64,000 nt of DNA, taken from NCBI GenBank assembly GCA_045632725.1, contig JAZQXF010000038.1:10179-74178 (forward strand). Reading direction: 5' to 3'. Below the pieces are notes generated by a model that ran no database searches, was not told the DNA's origin, and worked only from the letters and a program-made list of their open reading frames with translations. Position 1 is the stretch's first letter. Every line of letters begins with the position of its first letter. The translations under genes and the position numbers were made by a program. Shown piece by piece: positions 7,003-17,117 of the stretch. The stretch comes from Candidatus Nanosyncoccus sp. (GTDB taxonomy: Bacteria > Patescibacteriota > Saccharimonadia > Saccharimonadales > Saccharimonadaceae).

Positions 7003-8352
7003 TTACTTAACATATTTAATTAATGTTTCCCTTAAATCTTTTGCCGGAATCACGAATGGATTTTTTACCGTTCTCGGAGCTATCGCATGCTTGAAGCCCA
7101 ATTTCTGTGCCTCAATAATTCTTTGATCCGCCCTAAAAGCCGACCTTATCTCACCACCCAAGCCAACTTCACCAAATACCACATATTCATCATCTAATTT
7201 TCTTCCCGCTACCGCCGAAGCTATCGCCATACATACGGCAAGATCCGCCGCCGAATCACTCAACCTCATCCCTCCAACCACATTAATAAATATATCTTTA
7301 TTATTAAGTTTTAATTTTGTCCGTCGCTCTATCACCGCAATTAATAAATTTAGACGATTGATATCAAAGCCGCTTGCTGTCCGCTTCGGGTACCCATAAT
7401 TAGAATTTGTAGCCAAAGCTTGTATCTCTACCAATATCGGCCGATTGCCCTCCATTGTAGCCAATATCACCGAACCATCCGTATTCATCCTCTCGGCTAG
7501 TAGTGTAGCCGATGGATTCTGCACCTCAATAAGACCAGATTCCATCATTTCAAAAATCGCTACTTCGTTAGTAGAACCAAATCTATTTTTTACTGCCCGC
7601 ACAGTCTTGAATCCACCATATCTATCACCCTCAAAATTCAGTACCACATCCACCAAATGCTCCAACACCTTCGGCCCCGCAAAAGTACCATCCTTTGTCA
7701 CATGCCCCACTATTATCACCGCCGTATCCGTAGCCTTCGCCGCACGGATTATCAAATTACCACAATTTGTTACTTGCGACACCGTTCCAGGCGCCGACGA
7801 TAATTCATCCATCACTAATGTTTGGATTGAATCCACAATTACAAGATCAAACTCTCCAGTTTCTATAGTTTTAGCAATATCATTTCCGCTTGTCGATGCT
7901 GCAAAATTTAACTTCTCCGACTTCGCCCCCAATCTTTCTGCTCTTAATTTCACCTGACCAGCACTCTCTTCGCCAGATACATATAATACACTATGAGTTT
8001 TTGCCACCTCCGCACAAATTTGCATAAGCAACGTAGATTTACCTATTCCGGGCTGACCTGCTAATAAACTCACCGACCCCATCAATATCCCACCCCCCAG
8101 TACCACATTTAAATCTTTGAATTCTGTTACCAATCTCGCTTTTGCATCCGATGGTATCACCGTGTCCAACTTTACAAATTCCAACTTTTTACCAGATGCT
8201 CGCCCTTTTTCTATTGCCGATTTTTTTCCCAACTCCACTTCCACAGCCTGCTCCACCAACGAATTCCAATTTCCGCAACTCGTACACTGCCCCATCCACT
8301 TAGAAAAGCTCGCACCACATTCTTGGCACACAAACTGACTTCTGTTTTTCAT
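7003..8352 (-). CDS. radA: DNA repair protein RadA/Sms
   Basis: N-terminal zinc finger CQECGASFSKWMGQCTSCGNW, Walker A GQPGIGKST, Lon-like C-terminus. Confidence 0.9.
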   Translation of the reverse strand: MKNRSQFVCQECGASFSKWMGQCTSCGNWNSLVEQAVEVELGKKSAIEKGRASGKKLEFVKLDTVIPSDAKARLVTEFKDLNVVLGGGILMGSVSLLAGQPGIGKSTLLMQICAEVAKTHSVLYVSGEESAGQVKLRAERLGAKSEKLNFAASTSGNDIAKTIETGEFDLVIVDSIQTLVMDELSSAPGTVSQVTNCGNLIIRAAKATDTAVIIVGHVTKDGTFAGPKVLEHLVDVVLNFEGDRYGGFKTVRAVKNRFGSTNEVAIFEMMESGLIEVQNPSATLLAERMNTDGSVILATMEGNRPILVEIQALATNSNYGYPKRTASGFDINRLNLLIAVIERRTKLKLNNKDIFINVVGGMRLSDSAADLAVCMAIASAVAGRKLDDEYVVFGEVGLGGEIRSAFRADQRIIEAQKLGFKHAIAPRTVKNPFVIPAKDLRETLIKYVK

Positions 8353-8383
8353 ATATAAAATTATATCACGGCAACCTCAGATT

Positions 8384-11300
8384 TTAATATCTTGGCGCCA
8401 ACTCACTAGTATAAGCTTCAACTAGCTTATCCGTACCAGTAGCAACGTTCTGTTTTTTAGACCACAAGTAAAGGGAAGTATCATAATTTATAATTTCCGC
8501 CGGCACAATAGAATACACGCCGGTCGCCGCCCCATAAGTCCTTCCTAGTGTCAAAGTATTAGAAATTATAGAGCCATTAATTCTCAACTGACTAGATCTC
8601 ATCTCCTCATCTACATCCACTGTTCTGCTTGCATCATCTGGATCCACACAAGTATTTACAGCCCCTTCTGCAATTAGCACTGCATCAATTCTAGTTACAT
8701 CACATGAAATCAAAATATTCTTTCCACTATAAATTATTATTTTCGGCACTTCACCTAATCCAGTATAGCCATCATTTGCATACTCAATATTGCCATTAAT
8801 CTTAATACTGCCAGTTGAGGCAATTACTCTAGTAGTTTTTACCATACCATCCACTTCAGTACCTCTAAAATTACTAATCTCCCCCACTTCTTTTGCTGTC
8901 TCTATCGTATAGCTAGTGTCTTCCTCATCAGTAAATTCAGATATCAAAGCTCTTTTATTTGATGAGACATTATTCTGTAACATTCCACCCAACCCTCCTA
9001 CAGCACCAGATGAAGCTTTACAATTAACATTTGCGAAACTCAAGGTACTCCTTACGCAATAATCGAGACTCTGACCTTCTGCGCTACCACCTAGATCTGC
9101 ATCTCTAGCCGCAGCTGGTATCCCCTGTTCATTTATGCCCTCAATACCATACCCAGTACCAGCACCGCTAGCCAGCCCAGTTACTGCACCATTTGCCACT
9201 AGCCCAAGTTCTACCCAAGAGCCAAATACCCGATGGTCATTATTATTGGTCATGCTATACGGATACCTATGACTATATGCAGCCAAATTATTTTTTGCAC
9301 TAGGTTTTACACTAATATTACCAGCAGAATAAACACTGCCGCCCCACACCTGAAAACTCGGCCGTTTAGCAATACTAAAGCATTTAGAATCCGAGATTCG
9401 CCACTTTCCACTACCAAAAGCGCTCAACTGTCTATCATAGCCACTATTTGATGGATACACCGCCACTGCTGCGCAAATTTTTGATCCTGCCGGAACATCC
9501 TTAACATTCACTTTTGCCGTATATTCATTTGCTCCACCATTTGCTTTAGGAGATAGAGTTAATCCATCAAGCTCCCCCGCATATCCACAATTTTGACCAT
9601 CATTTGTTAAGCCAAAGTAGCTACAAAGGTCAGTAGCATTAGTTCCCCAACTTTCACTTCCGCTCGCTACATCATTAGCGTAATAGAATACCATTCTCAC
9701 TTTAGCATTATGCATTCTCGTAGCATAGGCCTGTTCCTCCGTGCCATCAGTGGTTAAATTATTTATCCTCTTTAATACCGACACGCCAAATTTTACAGTT
9801 GCTTCTTCTCCAGCAAAAAACGTTTTGTCATTGGTTATTACCTCTGCCCCAGTATTAAAATTATATGGCACATAGGCTGTAGCTCTTCTTTCGATATTTT
9901 CGGTTATGACATTAGCCTTATTATAACCATTTACATCAGTGAACTCTATTTGGCTAGGCGTTGTGCAGCTAGCACTATTATTACAATTCTCACCACTTCG
10001 CTCATAATTAATCTCCGCTCTTTCTATAAGTTCTAAACCAACCTCGCTCTCACTAACAGTGTGTTCATTGCTATTTTCATGCTTCTTAGTGTCGCCACCA
10101 TCAAAACGATATGTCCCACTAAATTGTGTACCCGTAAAATTACTGCTATATACATAATAGGAATTATTCCAACCAAGCATATTGCTAGGTTTATTAGAGT
10201 CAAACATATCTTTCATATTTTTTTCAGCATTCTTACCATCAGCAGGATATATATATCTACCTCCATTTATTTGTATCTTCTCCGGAACCAGATTATACGC
10301 ATACTGCAAAACCGGATCATACGTAGATAAGAAAGTTATTTTGTCCCCTGGCTTCGCCCAAACCTCGCCACTAGGATTATTATATTTACTTACATCATTA
10401 TTCTTTACTTTTAAGTCTAGGTCAGTGCTAGCCTTGCCAAGCGCAGAAGCACAAGCTGTAATAGAGACATTTCCCACTTCCGCATTGGCCGCAAACGCCA
10501 ATTTTTCACATACCACCTGCCCAGGAAATAATTTATTCCTAAAAATTTCTGTCCTCACCATACTAGATGCAATATCGGAAAATTCCTCTCTTCCGCTAAG
10601 CACACTCCTATCCGAACTAATTGTTCCATAGTTGGAAGTCCTAGAAACACCATATATAGTACCACCATCCCCACTCTTTCGCCTTAGCCAATGATAAAAT
10701 CGCACCGTACATCCATTTACTGGATCACAATCTTGAATATTATAAATAATTTTCGTACCATTAACATTGGTCCACCCAGTACTAGCCTTCTTAGAATCTG
10801 GCACGCTTGACCAAGCATCTGCCGCTTCAGACACTCTCACCATGCCCTCAAATTCATTTTTCGCTGTTTTAGCCACAATAGTTGTATCATTAGTAACATT
10901 ATATTCATCGGCTATCACATCTGTACAATATTTACTGCTAGGACTTATACTTACTGCCGAACCACTACCACTCTTGATTGTAAATTTACTCAAAGTATAG
11001 CCATTTCTAACGGTAAGACAAATCTTTAACCGATCATCTTTAAATATCGCATTATTTTCATTTATCACACCTCTAGAACCATAATATGAAAACTTTCTAT
11101 TAACTGTTAGCATGACCCCATCATCAACATCAATCGATAACTCATACTTTGGCGCATAGTAAGCATATAGAGTTCTATCGGTATTAAAATAGTTATAAAT
11201 TCTAGTATATATATACTTTGCGGTTGTATCATCTTTCTTATAATATACAGCACTCCCCGATCTGCTAGTAGAATCCAAATATGTCTTATAGGTATCATTG

Positions 11301-12397
11301 TTGGAGCTAGTCCTTTCTATAATCCCGCTAGTCCCAACAGAATTGCTAGTCTTCCAACCAATAAATTTATATTTATCAGTATTTCCACCAGCATTATTCT
11401 GCGAAACAACCTTCCATTGGTTATATCCACTATCTGCCTCATAACTGCCACCTATATTGCTATCATCGTAAATATTTTTATTCTGTACAGTAAGGACTCT
11501 CTGTTCTTGTTTCTTCTCATATACAGCATAAACAGTAACATCACTGCCATACAGTACTTCACTATATTGCACATTCCCCGCATTAGCATAACCAGAACCA
11601 TTACTATTTTTTGTCCACCCCTTAAACGTATATCCACTATTATCCCCATGTCTCACCGAAGCGCTTCCACCATACTCGGCCGAACTTTTTTTATCCCCAA
11701 GACCAGATATGTTAGATAATGAAACTCCAGAGACACTAATAGATTTAGCAGTAAGCGAAGCCCGCTTATTCTCTCTCATATTCCATTCTGAACACCGATA
11801 AGAGCTAGTGTAGGCAGTACCAATCTGAGGTTGATTAATACCATTGTACGCATTATACCAATACTGAGGATATCGCAGACAAATACTTCCACTATAGATA
11901 TCATATCCACTATAACTAGTCTTTTCTGACTTTTTCTTAAAATCAGAATATCCCACATTAAAACTACCGCTAAAATATTTCCTATTTCCAAAATAACTAT
12001 CTCCGCCATTATAAGTGCCCATCTGATACCAACCATCGCCACAATTGCCAAACGTAGCATTAGTATCGCCAGACAACAAATAGATACTCTTAGTGCTACT
12101 AGCCCCACTACCATACATATAACCAAACTTTGCACAAAGGAAATCACTCCAACCAGTATTATAGTTGCCGACACTTGTTGGCGAAGTCATCATATCTAAT
12201 CTAAAAGTACACTCATACCGCTGACTATTATCGTTCGCACTACAGTTAAGCTGAGACTCCACGCCACCGCTTACATAGCTACTGGCGTTTACCTTATCAC
12301 TCATAGCAACCAAGGCAAAACCCATCACCAAAAGTGTAACAAAATACATTATCTTCAAATTAAATATAGTCTTAGCTAAATTTCCACAAACCATCAT
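8384..12397 (-). CDS. very large secreted/surface protein with InlB B-repeat (Listeria-Bacteroides repeat)-like modules
   Basis: 1337 aa with an N-terminal hydrophobic signal/anchor. Modules such as GYTFKGWTKNSNG...VTVYAVYEK and YKFIGWKTSNS. No enzymatic motif seen. Confidence 0.65.
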   Translation of the reverse strand: MMVCGNLAKTIFNLKIMYFVTLLVMGFALVAMSDKVNASSYVSGGVESQLNCSANDNSQRYECTFRLDMMTSPTSVGNYNTGWSDFLCAKFGYMYGSGASSTKSIYLLSGDTNATFGNCGDGWYQMGTYNGGDSYFGNRKYFSGSFNVGYSDFKKKSEKTSYSGYDIYSGSICLRYPQYWYNAYNGINQPQIGTAYTSSYRCSEWNMRENKRASLTAKSISVSGVSLSNISGLGDKKSSAEYGGSASVRHGDNSGYTFKGWTKNSNGSGYANAGNVQYSEVLYGSDVTVYAVYEKKQEQRVLTVQNKNIYDDSNIGGSYEADSGYNQWKVVSQNNAGGNTDKYKFIGWKTSNSVGTSGIIERTSSNNDTYKTYLDSTSRSGSAVYYKKDDTTAKYIYTRIYNYFNTDRTLYAYYAPKYELSIDVDDGVMLTVNRKFSYYGSRGVINENNAIFKDDRLKICLTVRNGYTLSKFTIKSGSGSAVSISPSSKYCTDVIADEYNVTNDTTIVAKTAKNEFEGMVRVSEAADAWSSVPDSKKASTGWTNVNGTKIIYNIQDCDPVNGCTVRFYHWLRRKSGDGGTIYGVSRTSNYGTISSDRSVLSGREEFSDIASSMVRTEIFRNKLFPGQVVCEKLAFAANAEVGNVSITACASALGKASTDLDLKVKNNDVSKYNNPSGEVWAKPGDKITFLSTYDPVLQYAYNLVPEKIQINGGRYIYPADGKNAEKNMKDMFDSNKPSNMLGWNNSYYVYSSNFTGTQFSGTYRFDGGDTKKHENSNEHTVSESEVGLELIERAEINYERSGENCNNSASCTTPSQIEFTDVNGYNKANVITENIERRATAYVPYNFNTGAEVITNDKTFFAGEEATVKFGVSVLKRINNLTTDGTEEQAYATRMHNAKVRMVFYYANDVASGSESWGTNATDLCSYFGLTNDGQNCGYAGELDGLTLSPKANGGANEYTAKVNVKDVPAGSKICAAVAVYPSNSGYDRQLSAFGSGKWRISDSKCFSIAKRPSFQVWGGSVYSAGNISVKPSAKNNLAAYSHRYPYSMTNNNDHRVFGSWVELGLVANGAVTGLASGAGTGYGIEGINEQGIPAAARDADLGGSAEGQSLDYCVRSTLSFANVNCKASSGAVGGLGGMLQNNVSSNKRALISEFTDEEDTSYTIETAKEVGEISNFRGTEVDGMVKTTRVIASTGSIKINGNIEYANDGYTGLGEVPKIIIYSGKNILISCDVTRIDAVLIAEGAVNTCVDPDDASRTVDVDEEMRSSQLRINGSIISNTLTLGRTYGAATGVYSIVPAEIINYDTSLYLWSKKQNVATGTDKLVEAYTSELAPRY

Positions 12398-12646
12398 CTA
12401 TACTTCGCCCTCATCTATGTAACCAGTACCAGGAAGATCCTCACTCTCATCCTCACCTAAGAATTCCACCTGATAGTCGGCCGAATCCCCCTCTTGCTCA
12501 GTTTGCTGATTAATAACCTCATTATGTTCTTTTTTATTATTACTCACCACCCCAATCCCCACACCCAAGCCAACAGCCACCACCAAAAGCACGCACAACA
12601 AAATAATCAAACCCTTATTCTCAACTTTTGGTCTGCCCTCTTTCAT
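12398..12646 (-). CDS. small single-pass membrane protein
   Basis: 82 aa. TM segment LIILLCVLLVVAVGLGVGIGVV and an acidic tail. Its stop abuts the start of the large downstream ORF. Confidence 0.45.
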   Translation of the reverse strand: MKEGRPKVENKGLIILLCVLLVVAVGLGVGIGVVSNNKKEHNEVINQQTEQEGDSADYQVEFLGEDESEDLPGTGYIDEGEV

Positions 12647-12754
12647 ATACTTCTATATTAGCATAAGCGCCAAAAAAATCCAACCTTATTTCTTTAGAAT
12701 TAAATCGCTCCGCTTACAATCCTAAACATTCCTATTTGCTTAATCGAAGTATTT

Positions 12755-13975
12755 TTATTTGGCAAATTTCTCTCGCATCCATCCATCCACCGGTCCAGCT
12801 GTCATTAGTACCACCAAGTATCCATCATCCACATATTTTTGCAACTTCTCCGCCAAATCATCGCCAAGCTCTGCCGTTTCCGCTATATCCTTATTTTCTA
12901 GTCCATCTATCAATTCTTCCGGAGTTAGCACGGGCAAGTTCGGATTCTCCCTTGTAAGATATGTTGGCAACCAATAAATCTTATCTGCTCCAACAAAAGC
13001 ATCCACATATCCATCCTTTACTTCGTGCTGGCGCGTGTTTTGATGTGGCTGATATACTACCACTATCCCCTTTTTATCGCGCAAGCACATCTCATCCTTT
13101 GCCACATCTATTGTCGATACGATCTCCTCTGGATGATGCGCATAATCCGTATATACCCCATCTGCTATTTTTTCGAATCTCCGCCCCACACCTGGAAAAT
13201 CATTCAAAATCTCTATTATTCTCTCACGCGAAACCTCTGGCGCCATCACCATCACAGCCTTAGCCGCCAAGGCCGCATCTTCCCGCCGCACTTTGCCAGC
13301 TAGTTTAAATTCATTTTCGTTAAAATCACTACTCTCTATTACTAGATTACTTTGCTTTTTAAACTGCGAAAATGCCCCCACATAATCTTCCACCGTTGGA
13401 TAAATATCTGGATGATCATAACTTACTACCGGTATCACCGCCAGCCATGGATGATATTTGAGAAAATTTTTATCATATTCATCTGCTTCGTATATAAAAT
13501 ATTTATCACCCACCTTATACGAACCACTTGGCGCAAACCCCAATGTTGTCCCCACAATATAGGCCGCAGGCAGTCCCAACTTCAAGGCCGCCCACACAAT
13601 CATTGCCGTAGTAGTAGTCTTGCCATGTGTACCCGCTACTGCTACCATTTTAAGTCCTAATTTCTCTACCAAAAACGCCGTAAAATCATCTCGTTTCGTA
13701 TACTTTACGCCCGCTTCACGCGCAAGTACCAATTCATCATGCTCCTCAGGTAAAGCTGATGTGTACACGAACCAATCCACCCCCTTCTCTAATTTTTTTC
13801 GCAAAAATTCTCCATCCTGCGGCCCAATATTCACTTCGATCCCAGCCCCAATCAGTTCATCATATATTGCGCCCTTAGCAAGATCCGACCCCCACACCGT
13901 AAACCCTGCTGCTTTCGCCATCAAAGCCAAAGGCCCCATCCCCGTACCAGATATACCAGATATATAAATATTCAT
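12755..13975 (-). CDS. Mur ligase family protein (MurC/Mpl-like)
   Basis: ISGISGTGMGPLA..., AGTHGKTTTTAMI (P-loop), YEADEYDKNF (MurC/Mpl-type motif). Start set at the Met 7 nt after TGTGTTATAAT. Confidence 0.75.
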   Translation of the reverse strand: MNIYISGISGTGMGPLALMAKAAGFTVWGSDLAKGAIYDELIGAGIEVNIGPQDGEFLRKKLEKGVDWFVYTSALPEEHDELVLAREAGVKYTKRDDFTAFLVEKLGLKMVAVAGTHGKTTTTAMIVWAALKLGLPAAYIVGTTLGFAPSGSYKVGDKYFIYEADEYDKNFLKYHPWLAVIPVVSYDHPDIYPTVEDYVGAFSQFKKQSNLVIESSDFNENEFKLAGKVRREDAALAAKAVMVMAPEVSRERIIEILNDFPGVGRRFEKIADGVYTDYAHHPEEIVSTIDVAKDEMCLRDKKGIVVVYQPHQNTRQHEVKDGYVDAFVGADKIYWLPTYLTRENPNLPVLTPEELIDGLENKDIAETAELGDDLAEKLQKYVDDGYLVVLMTAGPVDGWMREKFAK

Positions 13976-14068
13976 ACCAAACATTATAACACAAACCCTC
14001 TACGGACTATAGGCTCGGCCAAACAGCCCTTAAATATATCGATAGAGAGGTTGTGTTATAATTACATA

Positions 14069-14488
14069 ATGAAGATCAAATCAGAGCAAGAAATGTTAGA
14101 GTTTGGCAAAACCTTTGCCCAATCATTAGATAGCCAAGTTATAGAACTCATTGGCGATGTCGGTGCCGGCAAGACCACTTTTACTCGTGGCCTATCTGAA
14201 GGACTTGGTATTAAGAATACTATCACTAGCCCAAGTTTTACTATCTCCAAATCCTACGCACTTCCTAGCGGCAAAGGCAATCTTATCCACTATGACTTTT
14301 ATCGCCTTTCCAACCCCGGCCTCATGCTCGATGATTTACGCGAAAACCTCCAAGACCCAAATAACATAATTATTATTGAATGGGGCGAGTCCATCGAAAA
14401 TATCTTACCAAAAAATCGACTCAAAATTGAAATAAAATATAACGATGATAACACCAGAAATCTCAAAATCATAGAAAGCAAATCATAA
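14069..14488 (+). CDS. tsaE: tRNA t6A37 biosynthesis ATPase TsaE
   Basis: IELIGDVGAGKTTFTRGL, HYDFYRL. Start 6 nt after TGTGTTATAAT (14057-14062). Confidence 0.85.
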   Translation: MKIKSEQEMLEFGKTFAQSLDSQVIELIGDVGAGKTTFTRGLSEGLGIKNTITSPSFTISKSYALPSGKGNLIHYDFYRLSNPGLMLDDLRENLQDPNNIIIIEWGESIENILPKNRLKIEIKYNDDNTRNLKIIESKS

Positions 14489-14515
14489 ATAACTTTTTAA
14501 AAACATAAAAAGACA

Positions 14516-14652
14516 CAACTATGGGTGGCGCCAATATCCCAACGCAGCGGCATTCCGGAGCGCGGCAGCGCGAGGATTAGTGCTGTCCGCCCATGGCGAT
14601 GGGCCGGACAGACACGGCCGCAAGTGGGATATGGCGACAGGCCCCATAGTTG
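14516..14652 (+). mobile_element. GC-rich palindromic element (intergenic copy, tsaE-tsaB spacer)
   Basis: CAACTATGGG-TGG-CGCCAATATCCC...GTCCGCCCATGGCGATGGGCCGGAC...GGGATATGGCG-ACAGGC-CCCATAGTTG. Confidence 0.8.
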
Positions 14653-14690
14653 CAGCATAAATAAAGTTCATCTCGTGTTATAATTTATCT

Positions 14691-15023
14691 ATGAAATTAT
14701 ACCTAGATACCTCCACCCCAGAAACCATCCTCAAGCTAAACGAAAAGGAATACAAATACACTTTTGCTAACGATCTCGCCGAAAAATTATTGCAATTCAT
14801 TCACGACAAGCTCGCCGAAAACAATAAAACTTTTAAAGATGTCACCGAAATTACCTTCATGTCCGGCCCCGGCTCTTTCACTGGGCTCCGCATTGGCGCC
14901 GCCATAGTTAACACCTTAGCCTCAGATTTAAATATTCCACTATACGACCATCATGGCAAAAAGCACCAAATCATCTTACCAGATTACGGCCGTCCTGCCA
15001 ATATTTCCAAACCTCGCAAATAG
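14691..15023 (+). CDS. tsaB: TsaB-like protein, N-terminal domain only (110 aa)
   Basis: MKLYLDTST...ITFMSGPGSFTGLRIGAAIVNTLA matches the TsaB N-terminal ASKHA half. The protein is about half the usual length. Confidence 0.65.
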   Translation: MKLYLDTSTPETILKLNEKEYKYTFANDLAEKLLQFIHDKLAENNKTFKDVTEITFMSGPGSFTGLRIGAAIVNTLASDLNIPLYDHHGKKHQIILPDYGRPANISKPRK

Positions 15024-15039
15024 TACTCCTCGCGCAAAA

Positions 15040-16161
15040 TTACATTTTCTGTTTTATCAAGAAACGTGCCACAGATACCAGTAGTACCGATACTACCACC
15101 ACCATCACACCCTCAATTGTCGCCATCACAATCAAACCCTTAGTTGAATCCGGCCTTACCACCGATGTTTCACCCAGTGGCGCTACATAAGTCGGATCGG
15201 TCGGATCATACGCTATCTGTATTCCATCTTCATCGCTTCCATCGGCCAGTTTTACATCCTTCACCCCCAAGTTCATCCCACTAAACTTCACATCGAAGAC
15301 AGAATCTTCCGAATCTCTATCTGCATGGAAAATTCTTACAATCGAGCCATCACCTGCCATCACATTTACTCCGGAATAAGCCATGTCTTTGCCATCCACT
15401 CCTGCATATATCTCCCCATTCTTATGAATAACAAAATGCCCAGTAGCTGCACTATGTATTCCGCCCATGTCAATTACCAATTTATTCCCCACGAACACGA
15501 AAGTATCATCATCTGCAGTTATTTCAAATTCCTCCGCTCCACTAGAAAGCACAGTAAACGGCACTGCAAAATTCATCGTAAATAGATGGTTGTGCCCATC
15601 ATCATTCACTGCATCACCTTTACTAAATTCTGCTGCATCTAGCGGATAAAACTTCTCTGATTTGAATATAAACTCTGCTCCACTTGCTACATATTGCATC
15701 TTCAAACTTCCGACATAGCTTTCACTCTTGCCTTCCACAGTGCTAAACCAACGCCCAAAATCCACACCCTTATTAGATACTAAATTGCCCTTACCAGTTG
15801 CCACCGGTAGATAATCCTCATCTAGCTCAAAACCCGCCAAACCTTGTTCAATTTCCTTATTATAATACTTGCATTTTGTCCATTCAAACTGTCGCAAGAC
15901 TAAAGCTTCTTTCATGCTATTGTCATACAAATTCACGCACTCATCGGATCTCTGATCATAATACATCACCGGCAAAGACACCAGCTTTTCTTCACTTACG
16001 CCGGCACTAGCTAGTATTGCATCCGGAGTTTTCGATATTGTCTTTTTTGCAATTTCATTTACTGTACTAGATAAGCCCAAAACAACAGTCACCACACCAA
16101 GTAGTAGAATTCCTAAAGCAATCCCCCCAAATATCCGCGATTTATTCTTTTGTTGCTTCAT
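15040..16161 (-). CDS. fibro-slime (PA14-like) domain membrane-anchored protein
   Basis: HNHLFTMNFAVPFTV...FEITADDDTFVFVGNKLVIDMGGIHSA matches the fibro-slime domain core. TM segments at both the N and C termini. Confidence 0.6.
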   Translation of the reverse strand: MKQQKNKSRIFGGIALGILLLGVVTVVLGLSSTVNEIAKKTISKTPDAILASAGVSEEKLVSLPVMYYDQRSDECVNLYDNSMKEALVLRQFEWTKCKYYNKEIEQGLAGFELDEDYLPVATGKGNLVSNKGVDFGRWFSTVEGKSESYVGSLKMQYVASGAEFIFKSEKFYPLDAAEFSKGDAVNDDGHNHLFTMNFAVPFTVLSSGAEEFEITADDDTFVFVGNKLVIDMGGIHSAATGHFVIHKNGEIYAGVDGKDMAYSGVNVMAGDGSIVRIFHADRDSEDSVFDVKFSGMNLGVKDVKLADGSDEDGIQIAYDPTDPTYVAPLGETSVVRPDSTKGLIVMATIEGVMVVVVSVLLVSVARFLIKQKM

Positions 16162-16202
16162 TTCTACCCTAAGTATAAGCCCTTTCTGTTATTTTATCAA
16201 GC

Positions 16203-16586
16203 CTACTCCAAATTTCCCGCTTCTGGAATCCCCAAACGTTCATCCGAAAGCATATCTTCATCAAAGGGTTCTTCGTATGCATCAATCGCTTTTACCTCTA
16301 TACTCAACTTTTCCAAATATTCCTCAATCACCGCAGCTGTCAAGCCCCCACTCTTGTCAAAAACGTATTCTTCTTCTTTTTCACCCTCTTCCTTTATTTC
16401 TTCTTCATCGGGCAAATATCCTGGCCGCGATCTATCTAGATATATATCCCCAGAATTATGATAAATAATCAAAGATATACTAGTTACAGCCACCGCAATC
16501 GCTATCGATGCCACACCCAAAATTACCAAATTTCGCCCACCATGTGTCATCTTTTTGTTAATATTACTTTTACCTATTTTTGTCAT
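16203..16586 (-). CDS. membrane-anchored hypothetical protein
   Basis: 127 aa. TM LVILGVASIAIAVAVTSISLII. 4-nt overlap with the upstream ORF. Confidence 0.45.
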   Translation of the reverse strand: MTKIGKSNINKKMTHGGRNLVILGVASIAIAVAVTSISLIIYHNSGDIYLDRSRPGYLPDEEEIKEEGEKEEEYVFDKSGGLTAAVIEEYLEKLSIEVKAIDAYEEPFDEDMLSDERLGIPEAGNLE

Positions 16587-17089
16587 ACCTTACCCTTTAG
16601 CCCTTCTACCAGCCTCAAATGCTCGGATATCAATGCCCGCATTTTTAAAACATCTTGCACCATAATTCTACGCTTCTGTCGCACCACCACCAAACTATCA
16701 TAAAATTCCTCCGGCTTTTGTTTGCAATCCATACCTACTAGCTCCTCTAGCTTTTGCTGATATGTCACAAAATCATTCGCAAATACCGCCTTGCTCGCCG
16801 CAAACTTATTTTGATTTTCCACCAACCCAGCACTAGACAAATTATTTTCTACCAACCGCACATTAAGTGGCATAATGAACTTCGATAGAATTGTCTCATA
16901 ATACCCACCTAAATACACCCGTATTCTGGCATCCTCTTTCTGTACCTTCTTCAGATTGTCCTTAATCGTATCACAATTTTTCACTATTGCCGCACTCTGC
17001 ACCTCTGTTATTGCCATCACATTAGGGGCAAAAACTTGCAAAAACATAAGAAGTGTGATATAATAAAAAGATATACTCTTTTTCTTCAT
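16583..17089 (-). CDS. secreted hypothetical protein
   Basis: 168 aa with signal-like N-terminus MKKKSISFYYITLLMFLQVFAPNVMA. Confidence 0.45.
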   Translation of the reverse strand: MKKKSISFYYITLLMFLQVFAPNVMAITEVQSAAIVKNCDTIKDNLKKVQKEDARIRVYLGGYYETILSKFIMPLNVRLVENNLSSAGLVENQNKFAASKAVFANDFVTYQQKLEELVGMDCKQKPEEFYDSLVVVRQKRRIMVQDVLKMRALISEHLRLVEGLKGKV

Positions 17090-17117
17090 ACTTAAAATTA
17101 TATCATAAAAGCCAAAA

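Noticed and set aside
7445-7957. 170-aa ORF antisense to radA, plus similar long antisense ORFs at 2779-3093, 10182-10631, 13620-13967, 18442-18840, 20430-21047, 23432-23773, 32074-32577, 34948-35325, 35012-35317 and 55709-56119
   Set aside because: Each lies fully inside a well-supported gene on the opposite strand, has low-complexity or Ser/Pro/Leu-rich composition, and has no independent signals.
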